Below, piece by piece: positions 1-15,079 of a stretch of 64,000 bases of DNA. The stretch comes from the human T2T-CHM13v2.0 reference genome, Homo sapiens, in the NCBI RefSeq assembly GCF_009914755.1, contig NC_060936.1. One strand, given 5' to 3'. Under the pieces are notes generated by a model, which was given only the letters and a program-made list of their open reading frames with translations, was not told the DNA's origin and ran no database searches. Position 1 is the stretch's first letter. The number at the start of each line of letters is the position of its first letter. Position numbers and translations under genes: made by a program.

Positions 1-192
1 GGATGCTATCAAAGATCACACAATGCATTTATTTATCTTCTTACTCTTTAATCTGGGATAGTTTCTTAATCTTTCTTTATCTTTTGTGACCTTCACAATT
101 CTGAAGAGTGTGTGCCCATAGTTTTGTAGAGTGTCCCTCACTTTGGATTTGTCCGATGTTTCTTTTTGATTAAATCAGGTTATATATGTTGG
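1..192 (-). mobile_element. Old L1MC-type (L1MC4/5-like) 3' region fragment
   Basis: Resembles the reverse complement of the L1MC4/5 3' consensus (gttttgtagagtgtccctcactttggatttgtccgatgtttc...caggttat). Confidence 0.6.
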
Positions 193-2852
193 CCTCATGA
201 CTGCAAAAAAAAAAAAAAAAAGAAACCCTCAGCCTCAAAAATGTAAAAAATAATATCAACCCACCAACCCACTCTATAGGCCCAACCACAGACCACAACG
301 AATGTTATCTTAGTTGAACAGAAAAGGGGAGAAGTGGAGAGACACTTGAAAAACCATAAACAGAAGTAAGTGAACACATGGATGACTAAATCATGATCAC
401 ATTTGCTGGACTGTGTAAAAAAAAAAAAAATTCCAATTGAGAATTCAGTTTAAAATTGTATCCGATTATAGTATAGCCTAGAGTCCAGCAAATGCAAAAA
501 CAAATCGTTTTTGTAGGGATTCGTCTTTATCCCAGGCATCAAAGAACTTTCACAAATAGTTTTAGAGGGAAAATGCATGGATCACAACCCAAAACCACTG
601 AAAACAGCAGGCAACAAAGCAGCATGAGCAAAAATAGCAGAAATAGCAGGCAGCAGGAATAGACATGAAAAGAGATGATATATTGGAATTGACAGAAATA
701 TAATTCCATACTTGCTATGCCTAAAAAATAAAAGACTAATTTGGAAGTATCTATAGGAATCAGAAAACTATAAAGAATGACCAGCAGATTTGAAAATGGT
801 ACAAATAAAACTTATCCTGTTGAAGAATGTAATACCAAATTTCATAAATATAACATGCATTTATTTTCTGACTATTACTTCCTTTCAGCTGAAAGGCCAC
901 AATCTATGGCAATATTGATTCAAAGAAACATGGTCATTGAAATAAAAAGTCATTGGAAAGTTTTAATAGCACATGAGACAAAGTTAAAAGGACAATTGGT
1001 GAGATGTAAAATGAGTCAGAGGGAACCAACCATCCAGAAAGATGCACAATGAGAAAAATAAATGAAAAATGTGTTTTTTGAACAATTTTGAAACATGGAG
1101 GAGAAAGCACTTCCAAAATTACGGAATAAAGATCTATAATCTTTATTTTTAAGAATGCTGGAAATTGATGGCTTGCCACAATCCAGGAGCATTTATTAAA
1201 GAAAAACAGTTGAATTTTAGTTATAATATTACAGTGAGCCCTGTGATGTTTTAACTTGCTCTGGTCTCATCTGCCTTCTCTAGTTCTCCAGTAGCCTTGA
1301 AAGCCAACAGCCTCAAAAATGTCATAGCTGTGAAAACCACAACCTAGCATCCCTGGAGGGGACAGAACAGGTTTGGACCACCCCAAAAACTCCATACTCA
1401 GAGAATTGTCAGTATTTGACCAGTCTGTAAGCTCCCTGAAAAGTTTCTTTCTCAGAGCTTGGTCTGTGTAACTACCTTAGGCTATTGTCTTAAAAACACT
1501 CAACAGTAGTTATTTAACACTACAGTTGCATGAAGCAGTGATAAAAGTTGGGGATAGTAACAAGAAGCTACCACGAAATTCAAAAGGAAGAGTGGGGAAT
1601 GAGATGTCCGTGGGGTCATTGAAAAGCTCTGACAAATTTCTGGGAATCTAGAAGGCAACGTGCATGTGCCAAGGAAGACCTGACAAGGCCCTGATCTCTT
1701 ACCTTTGGCAGATCTTAAGGCTCTGTGCAAGCAAGAAGAGAAGGTTAAGGCAGAGTTGTGAACTACTTGCTTGCTAAGGACTGACAACATGTTCCAACAC
1801 ACTCTGAGAGATTCTTAGCAAAGACTGGTGTACTTACTGGTTTAAGACATTTGAGGAAATAGTGTTGAATTATTACCTGATTGGTAAGTTAACATAAAAG
1901 AGATTTTAGAGACTACACACTACAAAGAATACAGAGTTCAAAAAATTGGTCCAGGAAAGTCACTATACGACCAAACAAACAACAGCAATAACAACATCAA
2001 CAAACAGCTACAACAACTGACACGGGGTTGGTACAAAGGGGAGATGCAATTTCCAGGGTTGTAACATGGTATTATTTTAAATATCCAGTTTTATACAAAA
2101 AATTATGAGACAAGCAACAAAACAGAAAATTATGGCCCATACATGGTGGTGGTGGGAGTGCTGGGGGGAAGGCAATAGAAATGTTCCTTCAGTATGCCCG
2201 GACACTAAACTAGAGAAAGACTTTCAATCAACTACTATTATATTATCAAAGAAATTGCAGTAACCATGTCTAAAGAATTAAAGAGAATTTTGATAAAATG
2301 TCCCACCAAGTAGAGAATATCATTTAAGAGATAGAAATTATTTCAAAAAAGAACCACAGGGAAATTTTGGAGTTAAAAAAATTAATTGAAATAACAATTC
2401 ACTGGAGGAACACAACAGCTGATTTGAAATGACACAAGAAAGAGCCACCAAAACTTAAACCTAGGTTGACTGCAAGTCTCTAATCTTAGAAACCAAAAGA
2501 AAAAATAATAAAGAAAAGTGAACAAAACCTCAGAGAACTGTGGGAAACCATCAAGCATAGCAGCATACACATAATGGAAATATCAGAAGGAGAGAAAAGG
2601 GGGAAGAAAGAATATTTTTAAAATAATGTTTAACAAATTCACACATCTGATGATGTCTCATCACAAATCATGAAGCCAGGAGGCAGTGAGACAATTTATT
2701 CAACGTGCTAAAGAAATAGACTTTTGACTAAGAATTCTATATTCTCCGAAACTATCTATCAAAACAAATAAAAAATTAAGACATTCCCAGATAAACAAAA
2801 ATGGAGACAATCCATTACTGGCAGACCCGCCCTGCAAGAAATAAAAAGGAGG

Positions 2853-3161
2853 GGCCGGACGCGGTGGCTCACGCCTGTAATCCCAGCACTTTGGGAAGCC
2901 GAGGCGGGTGGATCAAGAAGTCAGGAGATCAAGACCATCCTGGCTAACATGGTGAAACCCCATCTCTACTAAAAATACAAAAAATTAGCCGGTGTGGTGG
3001 CGGGCACCTGTAGTCCCAGCTACTTGGGAGGCTGAGGCAGGAGAAAGGCATGAACCCAGGGTGAACCCAGGAGGCAGAACTTGCAGTGAGCTGAAATTGC
3101 GCCACTGCACTCCAGCCTGGGTGACAGAGCAAGACTCTGTCTCAAAAAAAAAAAAAAAAAA
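2853..3161 (+). mobile_element. Alu (AluY/Sc-like), full length
   Basis: Dimeric Alu with A-rich linker and poly(A); degenerate TSD aagaaa..aaaagga; 10-bp internal duplication tgaacccagg at 3051-3071. Confidence 0.95.
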
Positions 3162-3764
3162 AGAAACACAAAAAGGAAACTTTCTAGCTGAAATGAAAGG
3201 ACACTAGATAGTAGTTACTCAAGTCCATGTGAAAAAATAAAAAGCATCAGTAAAAGTAACTATATTTGATAATATAAAAGATATCATAAGTGTATTATTG
3301 TTCGTAACTCTTTTCTTCTCTCACTGATTTCAAAGACAACTGCATAAGGCACTAGTTATAAAACTGTGTTGAAGGATTTATAATGAAAAAGATGTAATTT
3401 CTATGACAATCATAGCACAAAAGGTCAGTGAGGAAAGAGAACTACATTGGAAGTTGACCCAGAAAGTTTTATATACAATTGAAATTAAGTTGTTACTAAT
3501 ATAAACTAGATTGTTTTAAGTGAAGGTGTTACTTGTAATTTCCAGGACAACCACTAAGAAAATAATTTAAATAGATAAATATATTTATACTTATCTATAA
3601 TATGTATTATATGTATAAACATAAATATTTGAATCATTTAGTTTTTAAAATATTAAAAGAAAGAAGGGAATTAAAACTTTATACTGCAAGATATCAATTT
3701 AACTCCAAAGAAAGGGGAAATGGAGAAATAGACAAAGACACAAGATGTATAGAAAACAAATGGC

Positions 3765-4726
3765 TGTTCACTCTGATGAGTGAACAGGCAACCTACGCAA
3801 TGGGAGAAAATTTTTGCAATCTATCCATCTGACAAAGGGCTAATATCCAGAGTCTACAAAGAACTTAAATTTACAACAAAAAAAACAAACAACCCCATCA
3901 AAAAGTGGGCAAAGGATATGAACAGACACTTCTCAAAAGAAGACATTTATGCATCCAACAAACATATGAAAAAAAGCTCATCACTGGTCATTAGAGAAAT
4001 GCAAATCACAACCACAATGAGATACCATCTCAATGCCAGTTAGAATGGCAATCATTAAAAAGACAGAAAACAGATGCTGGAGAGGATGTGGAGAAATAGG
4101 AACACTTTTACACTGTTGGTGGGAGTATAAATTAATTCAACCATTGTGGAAGACAGTGTGGCAGTTCCTCAAGGATCTAGAACCAGAAATACCATTTGAC
4201 CCAGCAATCCCATTACTGGGTATATACCCAAAGAATTATAAATAATTCTACTATAAAGACACACGCACACATATGTTTATTGCAGTACTATTCACAATAA
4301 CAAAGACTTGAAACCAACCCAAATGCCCATCAATGATAGATTGGATAAAGGAAATGTGGCACATATATGTCATGGAATACTATGCAGCCATAAAAAAGGA
4401 TGAGTTCATGTCCTTTGCAGGGACGTGGGTGAAGCTGGAAACCATCATTCTCAGCAAACTAACACAAGAACAGAAAACCAAACACCGCATGTTCTCACTT
4501 GTAAGTGGGAGTTGAACAATGAGAACGCATGGGCTCAGGGAGGGGAACATCACACACCAGGGCCTGTTGGGGGCTAGGGGGCGACGGGAGGGAAAGCATT
4601 AGGAGAAATACCTAATGTAGATGACGGGTTGATGTGTGCAGCAAACCACCAAGCATGTGTATACCTATGTAACAAACCTGCATGTTCTGCACATGTATCC
4701 CGGAACTTAAAGTATAATAAAAAAAA
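3765..4726 (+). mobile_element. 5'-truncated L1PA7/8-like element with 5' micro-inversion
   Basis: ORF2 C-terminal peptides (ORFs 3780-4043, 4033-4245, 4333-4515), 3'UTR and poly(A); perfect 14-bp TSD agaaaacaaatggc at 3751-3764 and 4727-4740. Confidence 0.92.
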
Positions 4727-5234
4727 AGAAAACAAATGGCAAAATTCCAGATGTAAATCATACATTATCAATAATTGCATTAAATGTAAATGGACTAAAC
4801 CCAGCAGTCAAAAGGCAGATTGGCAGAATACATTTTAAAAGCATAATCCTGTCATAAGCTGTCTACCAAACACATTTGACATTCAAGAGACAATAGGTTG
4901 AGAATAAAAAAAAAAAGAAAAATACAGTATGCTAATAGTAAGTAAAGGAAAGCTGAAGTGGCTACACTAATTTCAGACAAAACAAACTTTAAACAAAAAT
5001 TATTACTTGAAAAAAAGGATATTTTATAATGATAAAGGAACTAAACCATCAGCAAGATTCATTATTCATTCATGAAATGAACAAATATATATATTTCAAC
5101 ATTTTGGAAAATGTTTAGAAATATATACGCAGCTAACACCAGATCCCGAAAGTACATGAAACAAAAAGTGACAGAACTGAAGAAAAAATAGACAATTCAA
5201 TAATAATAATTAGAGGCTTTAGTATGCCATTCTT

Positions 5235-5860
5235 TTTTTTTCCAGGAAGTTAATAAAGACAAAAACAAATGAAAGGTGTATTTTATTTAACAAATACTTA
5301 CATAGGGCATGTGAGTTAGACAAAGTTCTAGGGAATTTCCAAATTCATTTAATTCTTGTATCAACCCCATGAGGTAACTACTATTGTCATCATTTTTTTA
5401 ATGAGAAAATTGAACCATAAAGAGGATAAATAGCCCAATGTTACATAAAACTAGTAAATGACAAGAAAGATCAAATCTAGGCAATCTAACTCCACAGTCC
5501 ATGCTCCTAACCAGCAGGCTATATTACATATCTAGTAGTAAGACAAGCAAGTTATTTAGAGACTGGGAGGTAAATAGCACAATAATCATCTAAAAGAGGT
5601 GAAAGTGATTGTTTTATAGTAGGTCCTCAAATATTTAAGACGCATGTGTGTTACCTATAAAATAGGAGTAATACTCATTTTGCCTACTTCTCAGGATGGC
5701 AGTAGTATCAGTTAAAATACTTTGTTAACTAAAATACGAAATTATAATTTTTAAAGTTTTTTTTCAAGATATACATGCACAGTTTAAAGATAGTTTAAAT
5801 GGTTTTCCAAGAAATAAATGGAAGAGCTTCCTGCACCCTTACTTTCCAGTTTTCCTTTCC
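5235..5860 (-). other. Retrotransposed non-L1/non-Alu insert (orphan transduction or retrocopy fragment) containing a MIR
   Basis: Perfect 15-bp direct repeat tagtatgccattctt at 5220-5234 and 5861-5875; T-tract at the left end (minus-strand poly(A)); interrupts host L1 ORF2; MIR-like sequence at ~5290-5515. Confidence 0.75.
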
Positions 5861-7013
5861 TAGTATGCCATTCTTGATACTAGACAGAACAAGGCAGCAG
5901 ACAAACAAGGAAGTACAAGATTTGAACACTGTACACCAACTAGCCCTAACTGAACATCTATAGAACATTCTACTCAACAACAGAAGAATACACATTGTTT
6001 CAAGGGTATGTGGAACATTTTCCACCTTAGACCATCTGTTAGACCATAAAACACCCTTCAGTACCTTTTAAAAAATTTAAACCATACGAAGTATATTCTC
6101 TGGCCACAGTGAAATAAAACTAGGAATCAATAACAGAAAGAAATTTGGAGAATTCACACAGGAAAGTGTATATTAAACACACTACTAAGTAACCAGTGGT
6201 TCCAAAAATAAATGTAAACTAAAAGGAAAACTAAAAAATGTTACTAAATAAATAGAAACAAAAATATTCCAAAAATTATGGGATGCAATGAAAGCAGTGC
6301 TTAGAGGGAAATCACTAGCTATAAACATCTACATTAGAAAAGGAAGAAAAATCTTAATAGCCTAACTGTACACCTTCAGACTAGAAAAAGAAGGGCTAAC
6401 TAAACTGAAAACAAGGAGATGGAAGAAAATAATAAAGATTAAAGTAGAAATAAGTGAAATAGAGAATAGAAAAAAAAATCAACAAAACCAAAAGTTGGGA
6501 TTTTTTTTAAAGCTTAACAAAATGGACACATCTTTAGCTAAACTGATACAAAAAAAAGAAAGAAAGAAGTTTCAACTTAATAAAATTAGGAATGGAAACA
6601 GAGACATCATTAATGATCTCACAGAAATAAAAACAATTCCAAAAAGGATACTGTAAACAATTATATGCCAACAAATTAGATAACCTTGATGAAACAGACA
6701 AATTCCTAGAAAGACATAAGCTACTAAAACAGATTCAAGGAGCGAAAAACACTTGAATAAGCATATCACACGTAAAAAGATTTTATTAGTGATCAAAAAT
6801 CTCCCCACCCCCAACATACACACACAAGTCAAGTACCAAATAGATTCAATGATGAATTCTACCAAACAACTAAAGAAGAATTAACACCAATTCTTCACAA
6901 ACTCATTCAAAAAAATAGAACAGGAAATAACACTTCCCAATTCCTTCTATGAGGCCAACAACCAGACAAATACATCACAAGAAAAGAAAACTACAGAACA
7001 ATATGTCATTATG

Positions 7014-7346
<333 letters not shown>

Positions 7347-7388
7347 CTACCAAATTGAATCCAGCAACATATAAAAAGCATTATATAA

Positions 7389-8230
7389 AATGCAAATCAA
7401 AACTATAATGAGTTACCACTTCACACCTGTTAGGATGGCTATTACTTGGGAAAAAAAAAAGGTATTGGCAAAGTTGTGCAGAAACTGGAACATAAGTGTT
7501 GGTTGGAATATAAACCAGTGTGGCAGCTATGGAAAACAGTATGAAGATTCCTCAAAAAACTAAAAATAGAACTACCATATGATCCAATAATCTCACTTCT
7601 GGGAATATATACAAAAGAATTGAAATCAGAATCTCAAAGAGATGTCTGCATTTCTCATGTTCATTTCAGCTCAATTCATAATAACCAAGACATGGAAACA
7701 GCCTAAGTATCCATCAACAGATGAATGGATAAAGAAAATGTGGTATATACATACAATGGAATATTAGTCAGCCTTAAAAAGTAAGGAAATTCTGCCATTT
7801 GCAACAACATAATGAACCTGGAGGAGACTATGCTAAGTGGAACAGGACAAATATTGCATGATTTCACTTGCATTAAGTACTTAAAATAGTCAAACTTATA
7901 GAAGTAGAGAATACAATGATGGTTGCTAGAGGCTGGAGACAGGAGAAATTTGGAGTTGCTATTCAAAGGATATAGTTTCAGTTATGCTAGATGAATAAAT
8001 TCTAGAGATCTGCTTATAACACAGTGCCTATACTTAATAAAATGATATGGTGCACCCCTCCTCAGAAAAAACCAAAGGAATACAAAAAACTCTGGGAGGT
8101 GTTAAATATGTCTATTACCTTGATTGTGGTGAGGATATTATGGGTGTTTGCATATGTCCAAACTCATCAATTCTACACGTTAAATATGTGCAGTTATTTA
8201 TATATAACTTTACCTCAATAAAGGTGATTT
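7389..8230 (+). mobile_element. L1MA9/10- or L1MB-like 3' fragment nested in older L1
   Basis: L1 ORF2 end plus mammalian-type 3'UTR ending acctcaataaag; host ORF2 resumes at ~8233. Confidence 0.75.
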
Positions 8231-8589
8231 TTAAAAAGATTATACAACATGACCAAGTGGCATTTATCTGAGAAATAATTCAAGATGGTTAACATCTGAA
8301 AATCAATGTATAATATCCTATTACAAAAACCAGATAATCATTTCAATAGACACAGAAAACTCATTTGAAAAAATCCAACACTCTTCCTAATAAAAACACC
8401 CAGTAAACCAGGAATATTAAAAAAGTTATCAGCCTAATAAAGCCCATATATAAAAATTGCATAGCTAATATCATAATTAATGTTGAATGACTAAATGCCT
8501 TCCCCCTGATCATGAACAAGAAAAGATTGTCCATTCTCACCACTTCTGTACAATTTTCTACTGAAAGACCTAGAGAAAAAATGGGCAAA

Positions 8590-8775
8590 TGTCTCTATAA
8601 AAATAAAAAATAAAAAATTTGCCTGGTGTGGTGGCATGTCCCTGTAGTTCCAGTACTGAGGAGGCTGAGGCAGGAGGATCGCTTAAGCCCAGGACTTAGA
8701 GGCTCCAGTGAGCTAAATCACACCACTACACTCAGCCTGGGTGACAGTGTGAGACCCCCAACTCTTAAAAAAAAG
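8590..8775 (+). mobile_element. Alu right arm (AluJ/FRAM-like), 5'-truncated
   Basis: Linker plus right-monomer sequence with AluJ-type gaggatcgctt..gcccagg. Confidence 0.85.
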
Positions 8776-9665
8776 GTTAAAAAATAAAAAGTTTAATATA
8801 TTAGAAAATATAACAATTTAAAATGTATTTATTCCTATTTACATTAATACAAAATATATAAAGCAAAATTTTACATAACTATAAGAGAAAGTTAACACAT
8901 TCACAATAAAAATGAAACATTTTTTAACAAATCTACCTCAGTACCTAATAAAATAAAGCAAAAAAAGACTATGAGATATTTAAGTAGCATAACCTACAAA
9001 CTTCAAATCACATTCTTTGAAATACACATAAACCAATTACAAAAACTGATCATGACTTGGCCTCAAAACAACTCTCAGATAATTTCAAAGGTTTAAGGTC
9101 ATACAGATGATATACTATGACTATAATTCAATTAACCCAGAAGTCAGTAACAAAAATATAACTAGAAGATAATTCATGTTTAGAAATAAGGAAATATGTT
9201 TCTAACGGAACTATGGTCCAATAAATCATAATAGAAATAAATTATCAGAAAGTAAAACTCTCTACTGAAAATGGAGAGGAGGGAGTATATGATAACATAA
9301 TAAAAGAGGAAGAAGGGGAGTAAATGATCACTTGAAAATATAAAAAAGACTTAGGAAAAGAAGATGCTGCATGGGGGAAATTGGGAATATATTTAGAAAC
9401 AATAGAAGTAAGCATAAAATAACTAAGAACTGAGAAATTTTAGAAAGCAAAGCAGAGTGTATAAAATTTACTATCTTGGTTTTTAAAATTCAGTAAAGTA
9501 GTAATATATGGACATTCACAAACACACACATAAACAGCACACATAGACTTGAAACTAGTGTGATTGACTTACTATCAGAACAGAAACAGAAGAAAAATAA
9601 AAACAAAATAAAGAAAAACAGGTTGTGATTGAAGGAAAAAATATATTTTCTTAAGAAGAAAGATA

Positions 9666-10039
<374 letters not shown>

Positions 10040-10328
10040 CTAGGAATTAACCTAACAGAATATGTAGACTTTTATAAAGAGCTATTTTAAACTCTATTGA
10101 GGACCTAAATAAAACTTAATAATGCAGATTTAACCATGTACATGGTTGAAAAACATAAAACTGTAAAAATATTTTCCCTCATACACAGATACACACAGAC
10201 TATAGATTCTTCATTATTTCAATGGACTATAAAAGAGAATGATAAAGATATTCTCAAATTTAGATGAAGAAAATAAATGAAGGATAACTGAGATGATTTT
10301 GAAAAAGAAGATTAAAAACATAATTAAC

Positions 10329-10623
<295 letters not shown>

Positions 10624-10639
10624 CTATGCCTACACAACC

Positions 10640-11100
10640 ACCATATTCCCAGTCTTTATTATTAGCAGAGGTCTTATTTTCTTCCCCTCCTCCCATGCAA
10701 CTGAAGGAATGACCCTATTTCCAGGTCCTCCCCAGCGTACATCCTAAGTGGTCTTAGGTAATCATTGTGGGCCTGATCTCTTTGCCTTTTTGTTGGGTTA
10801 GATATGGGCATGTGTGTGATCTGGCCAATGACGTGTGAAGGGAAGCTCACTGGAGGCCCTCTGCAAAGGTTTCTTCAACTCTTAAAGAGACAAAGACAGC
10901 CCCTCTTTTAATATTGTGCTTTTTGGCCTGTCAGAATACGATCCCTGCTATCCTGCAGCCATTTTGTAACCGTGAGGAGAAAGCCAACGTGTCAGTGACA
11001 GCCATATTCAGTGGGAAAGAGTGGGGTATTTGATGATATTGTTGCACCTTTGAATTAACCTCCTCTGGACTTCTTGTTCATAGCATAATAAACGATCCTT
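10640..11100 (+). mobile_element. Old MaLR LTR (MLT1I/J/K-like)
   Basis: Motifs ctggccaatga..., gcagccattttg, cctcctctggacttcttg..aataaa typical of old MLT1 LTRs. Confidence 0.55.
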
Positions 11101-11131
11101 CCTTGTTGTATAAAAAAAAATGGAGTGACAA

Positions 11132-11465
11132 CCATAAAAAGGAAGAAAATAACGGCATTTGCAGCAACCTGGATGGAACTGGGGACCATTATTCTAGGTG
11201 AAGTGACTCAGGAATGGAAAACCAAACATCATATGTTCTCACTGATATGTGGGAGCTAAGCTATGAGGACTCAAAGGCATAAGAATGATACAATGGATTT
11301 GGGGGCCTCGAGAGAAAGGGTAGGGGAGTGAGGGATATAAGACTACACGTTGGGTATAGTGTACACTGCTTGGGTGATGGGTGCGCCAAAATATCAGAAA
11401 TCCTACTAAAAAACATATTCATGTAACCAGACACCACCTGTTCCCCAAAAACCTATTAAAATAAT
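11132..11465 (+). mobile_element. L1PB (L1PB2-like) 3' end
   Basis: gggagctaagctatgagg...ggcataagaatgatacaatgg...caccacctgttccccaaaacctatt, the L1PB 3'UTR. Confidence 0.85.
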
Positions 11466-11886
11466 TGTTTTAATGGAGGGAGATTGTATATACTGCTATG
11501 GAAATATGTTGAAACACATTTTAAGTAGGAAAAATATCCAAAATAGTATGTGGAATATGATTTCATCTGTGTAAAACAAAAATTTATATGTATTATTTAC
11601 ATTGTAATATGGATAGAACGTGTATATCCAAGAAAACAAAAGAACCTATTAACAGTTTTTACTTCTGTTGTATAATTTCAAACTTTGCTTTATATACTTT
11701 ATAATTTTTAAATGTTTCAATGTTTTTTATCCTGTGTGTTACATTAAACGAGGTAAAAAAAAATTAGAAAATGGTGATTTGTCAGATGCCAGGGAGAAAG
11801 AAAAGGGAGAACAGAGTTACTGAGAAAAACAAGCATGAATAAAAAACAAGGAAACAAAAATTCTGGCAAATTAAGAATGAAGTCTG

Positions 11887-12242
<356 letters not shown>

Positions 12243-12884
12243 TTAGGCTGGGTTGATACTGTTGCTAACTGATGCTTCAGTTTCAGTTGTAGCCAATGCC
12301 AGCTGTTGCCCTATGTTCCGGGGCAATGAGTGAGTGGGGAAGGAGAATCAAGTACAGATGGCAGGGGCTCTTCACTTACCTGCTCTCAGCTGGCTGAAGA
12401 AGACTTTACGTTCGGAATCTTGGGTCATATCATGGATTGCTCATCTTCATTGTTTGCCATGAAATGAATTTTGTGCTGCAAGAGGCATGTTTTGCCATTC
12501 TTAATTATACCAGATGGTGATGGAAGACTTAATAGACAATAAGTCTGTTTGGAAAACATCAACAAATGAATTTAGGAAATAGCATCTATCCATATATCAT
12601 TATGGATAGTCATTAGTTTTGCCACAGCAGGTATCAGTCTTTGAAGTTGGTTGGATAGTTGTAAATTAAATTATCCAGAAATACAAATAGGAAATTCCTA
12701 TTTTTAGAAAACACAGAACCCCAGAACGCTAAATTCTAGGAGAAAAAGAATAAATTAAGCCTTTTTATTTGAACAGAAATACAACTCAGTGTGATGGAGT
12801 TAGAATGCACCCCTTACAGAAGCCATGAAAGCAGAAAATTGATTAAGAACATACTTACGGTGACAGGGACCTAGAATCTGTAAC

Positions 12885-13140
12885 AGGGTTTCACTTTTGA
12901 GTAAAGAATGGTGCCAATGGACCACTAACGAGGTCAAAGTTGTGTGTTCAATACCCTAGTGTAACAAAATTTTCCATTTTCAGGCTACATTATGCAATTT
13001 GTTCTTAAACAAGATTTATTTTAATTTTTAAAAAAGGACCGGTAGGTGTGTATGAATCCATGTCTGTTACTGGAAAACCACTCAAATGGCTTATCCTGCA
13101 GGTGGCAGTTCAGTAGAATCATCTTTAAAATGAAAGATAG
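12885..13140 (+). mobile_element. MamSINE1-like ancient tRNA-derived SINE
   Basis: tRNA-like head (tggtgccaatg..gaggtcaaagttgtgtgttcaatacc) and tail actggaaaaccactcaaa..cagtagaatcatcttt..tgaaagatag resembling the MamSINE1 consensus as I recall it. Confidence 0.55.
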
Positions 13141-13216
13141 ATAGTCAATCATTATAAGCACAGAAGACATCTGTCACTCATATCAGTGGAGGAAAATGTT
13201 AAATATCATTTCTTGA

Positions 13217-13564
<348 letters not shown>

Positions 13565-13577
13565 TGAGATAAAGTAA

Positions 13578-13721
<144 letters not shown>

Positions 13722-14038
13722 TGAGATAAAGTAACTTTTATACCATAGGGACCTAGTGACAACTTAACTCACACTATCTTTTATAGGAAACAGTCTTTAA
13801 AAAGTTTTCCTTGCTCAGCATTAAGCAGTAAAACTCCCCATAGTAGTTCCTGGAGAAGAAATATAATAATCTTGTTAGCTTGCCCTTGATGTTTCAGAAC
13901 GCTGTACTGTTACTACTTTTTCGTGACACATTATAACAATATTTTAGCACTTGTTATTTTCACAGTGAATAAAGGAAATGATTGTATTAGTATTTATTTA
14001 CTATGTTTATCAGTTGGGACAGTCCACTTCTCTCATAT

Positions 14039-15079
14039 TTCAACTTTTATTTTAGATTCGGGGTACACATGCAGGTTTGTTACATAGGTATATTGCATGA
14101 TGCTGAGGTTTGGGGTATGACTGATCCCATCAGCCAGGTAGTGAGCATAATACCTAATAGGTAGTTTTTCAACCCTTGCCCCTTTCCCTCTAACCCCCTG
14201 TAGTAGTTCCCAATGTCTATCATTCCCATCGTTAGGTCCACGTGTACCCAATGTTTAGCTCCCATTTATAAGTGAGAACATGTGGTATTTGGCTTTCTGT
14301 TTCTGTATTAATTTTCTTAGGATAATGGCCTCCAGCTGCATCCATGTTACTGCAAAGGACGTGAGTTCCTTCTTTTAAATGGCTGTATAGTATTCCATAG
14401 TGTATATGTACCACATTTTCCTTATCCAGTCCACCATTAATGGGCACTAAGGTTGATTCCATGTCATTGCTAACAGCACTGCGATGAACATACAAGTGCA
14501 TGTGTCTTTTGGGTAAAACAATTTCTTTTACTTTGGATATATACCCAGTAATGACATTGCTGGGTCAAATGGTGGTTCTGTTTTAATTTTTTTGACAAAT
14601 CTCCAAACTGCTTTTCATAGTGGCTGAACTACTTTACATTATCACTAACAGTTATAAGCATTCCCTTTTCTCTGCAGCCTCACCAACATCTGTTTTCCTT
14701 TACTTTTTAATAATAGCCATTCTGACTGGTTTGAGATGGCATCTCATTGTGGTTTTGACTTGTGTGTCTCGGATGATTAGTGATGTTGAGCTTTTTTTCA
14801 TATGTTTGTCGACTGCTTGTATGTCTTCTTTTGAGAAGTGTCTGTTCATGTCCTTTGCCCACTTTTTTATGGGGTTACTTGTTTTTTGCTTGTTGAATTG
14901 TTTAAGTTCCTTATACAGTCTGGATGTGAAACCTTTGTCACATGCATAGTTCGTGAATATCTTCTCCTGTTCTGTAGATTGTCTTTTGGCTCTGTTGATA
15001 GTTTCTTTTGCTGTGAAGAAGCTCTTTAGTTTAATTAGGTCCCACCTGTTAATTTTTGCTTTTCTTGCAATTGCTTTTA
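14039..15079 (-). mobile_element. 5'-truncated L1PA15/16-like element
   Basis: Reverse-complement L1 3'UTR and ORF2 end; near-perfect TSD cacttct(ct/gc)catat at 14025-14038 and 15080-15093. Confidence 0.88.

Noticed and set aside
3051-3071. 10-bp duplication tgaacccagg inside an Alu right arm
   Set aside because: Simple slippage duplication; no further significance evident.
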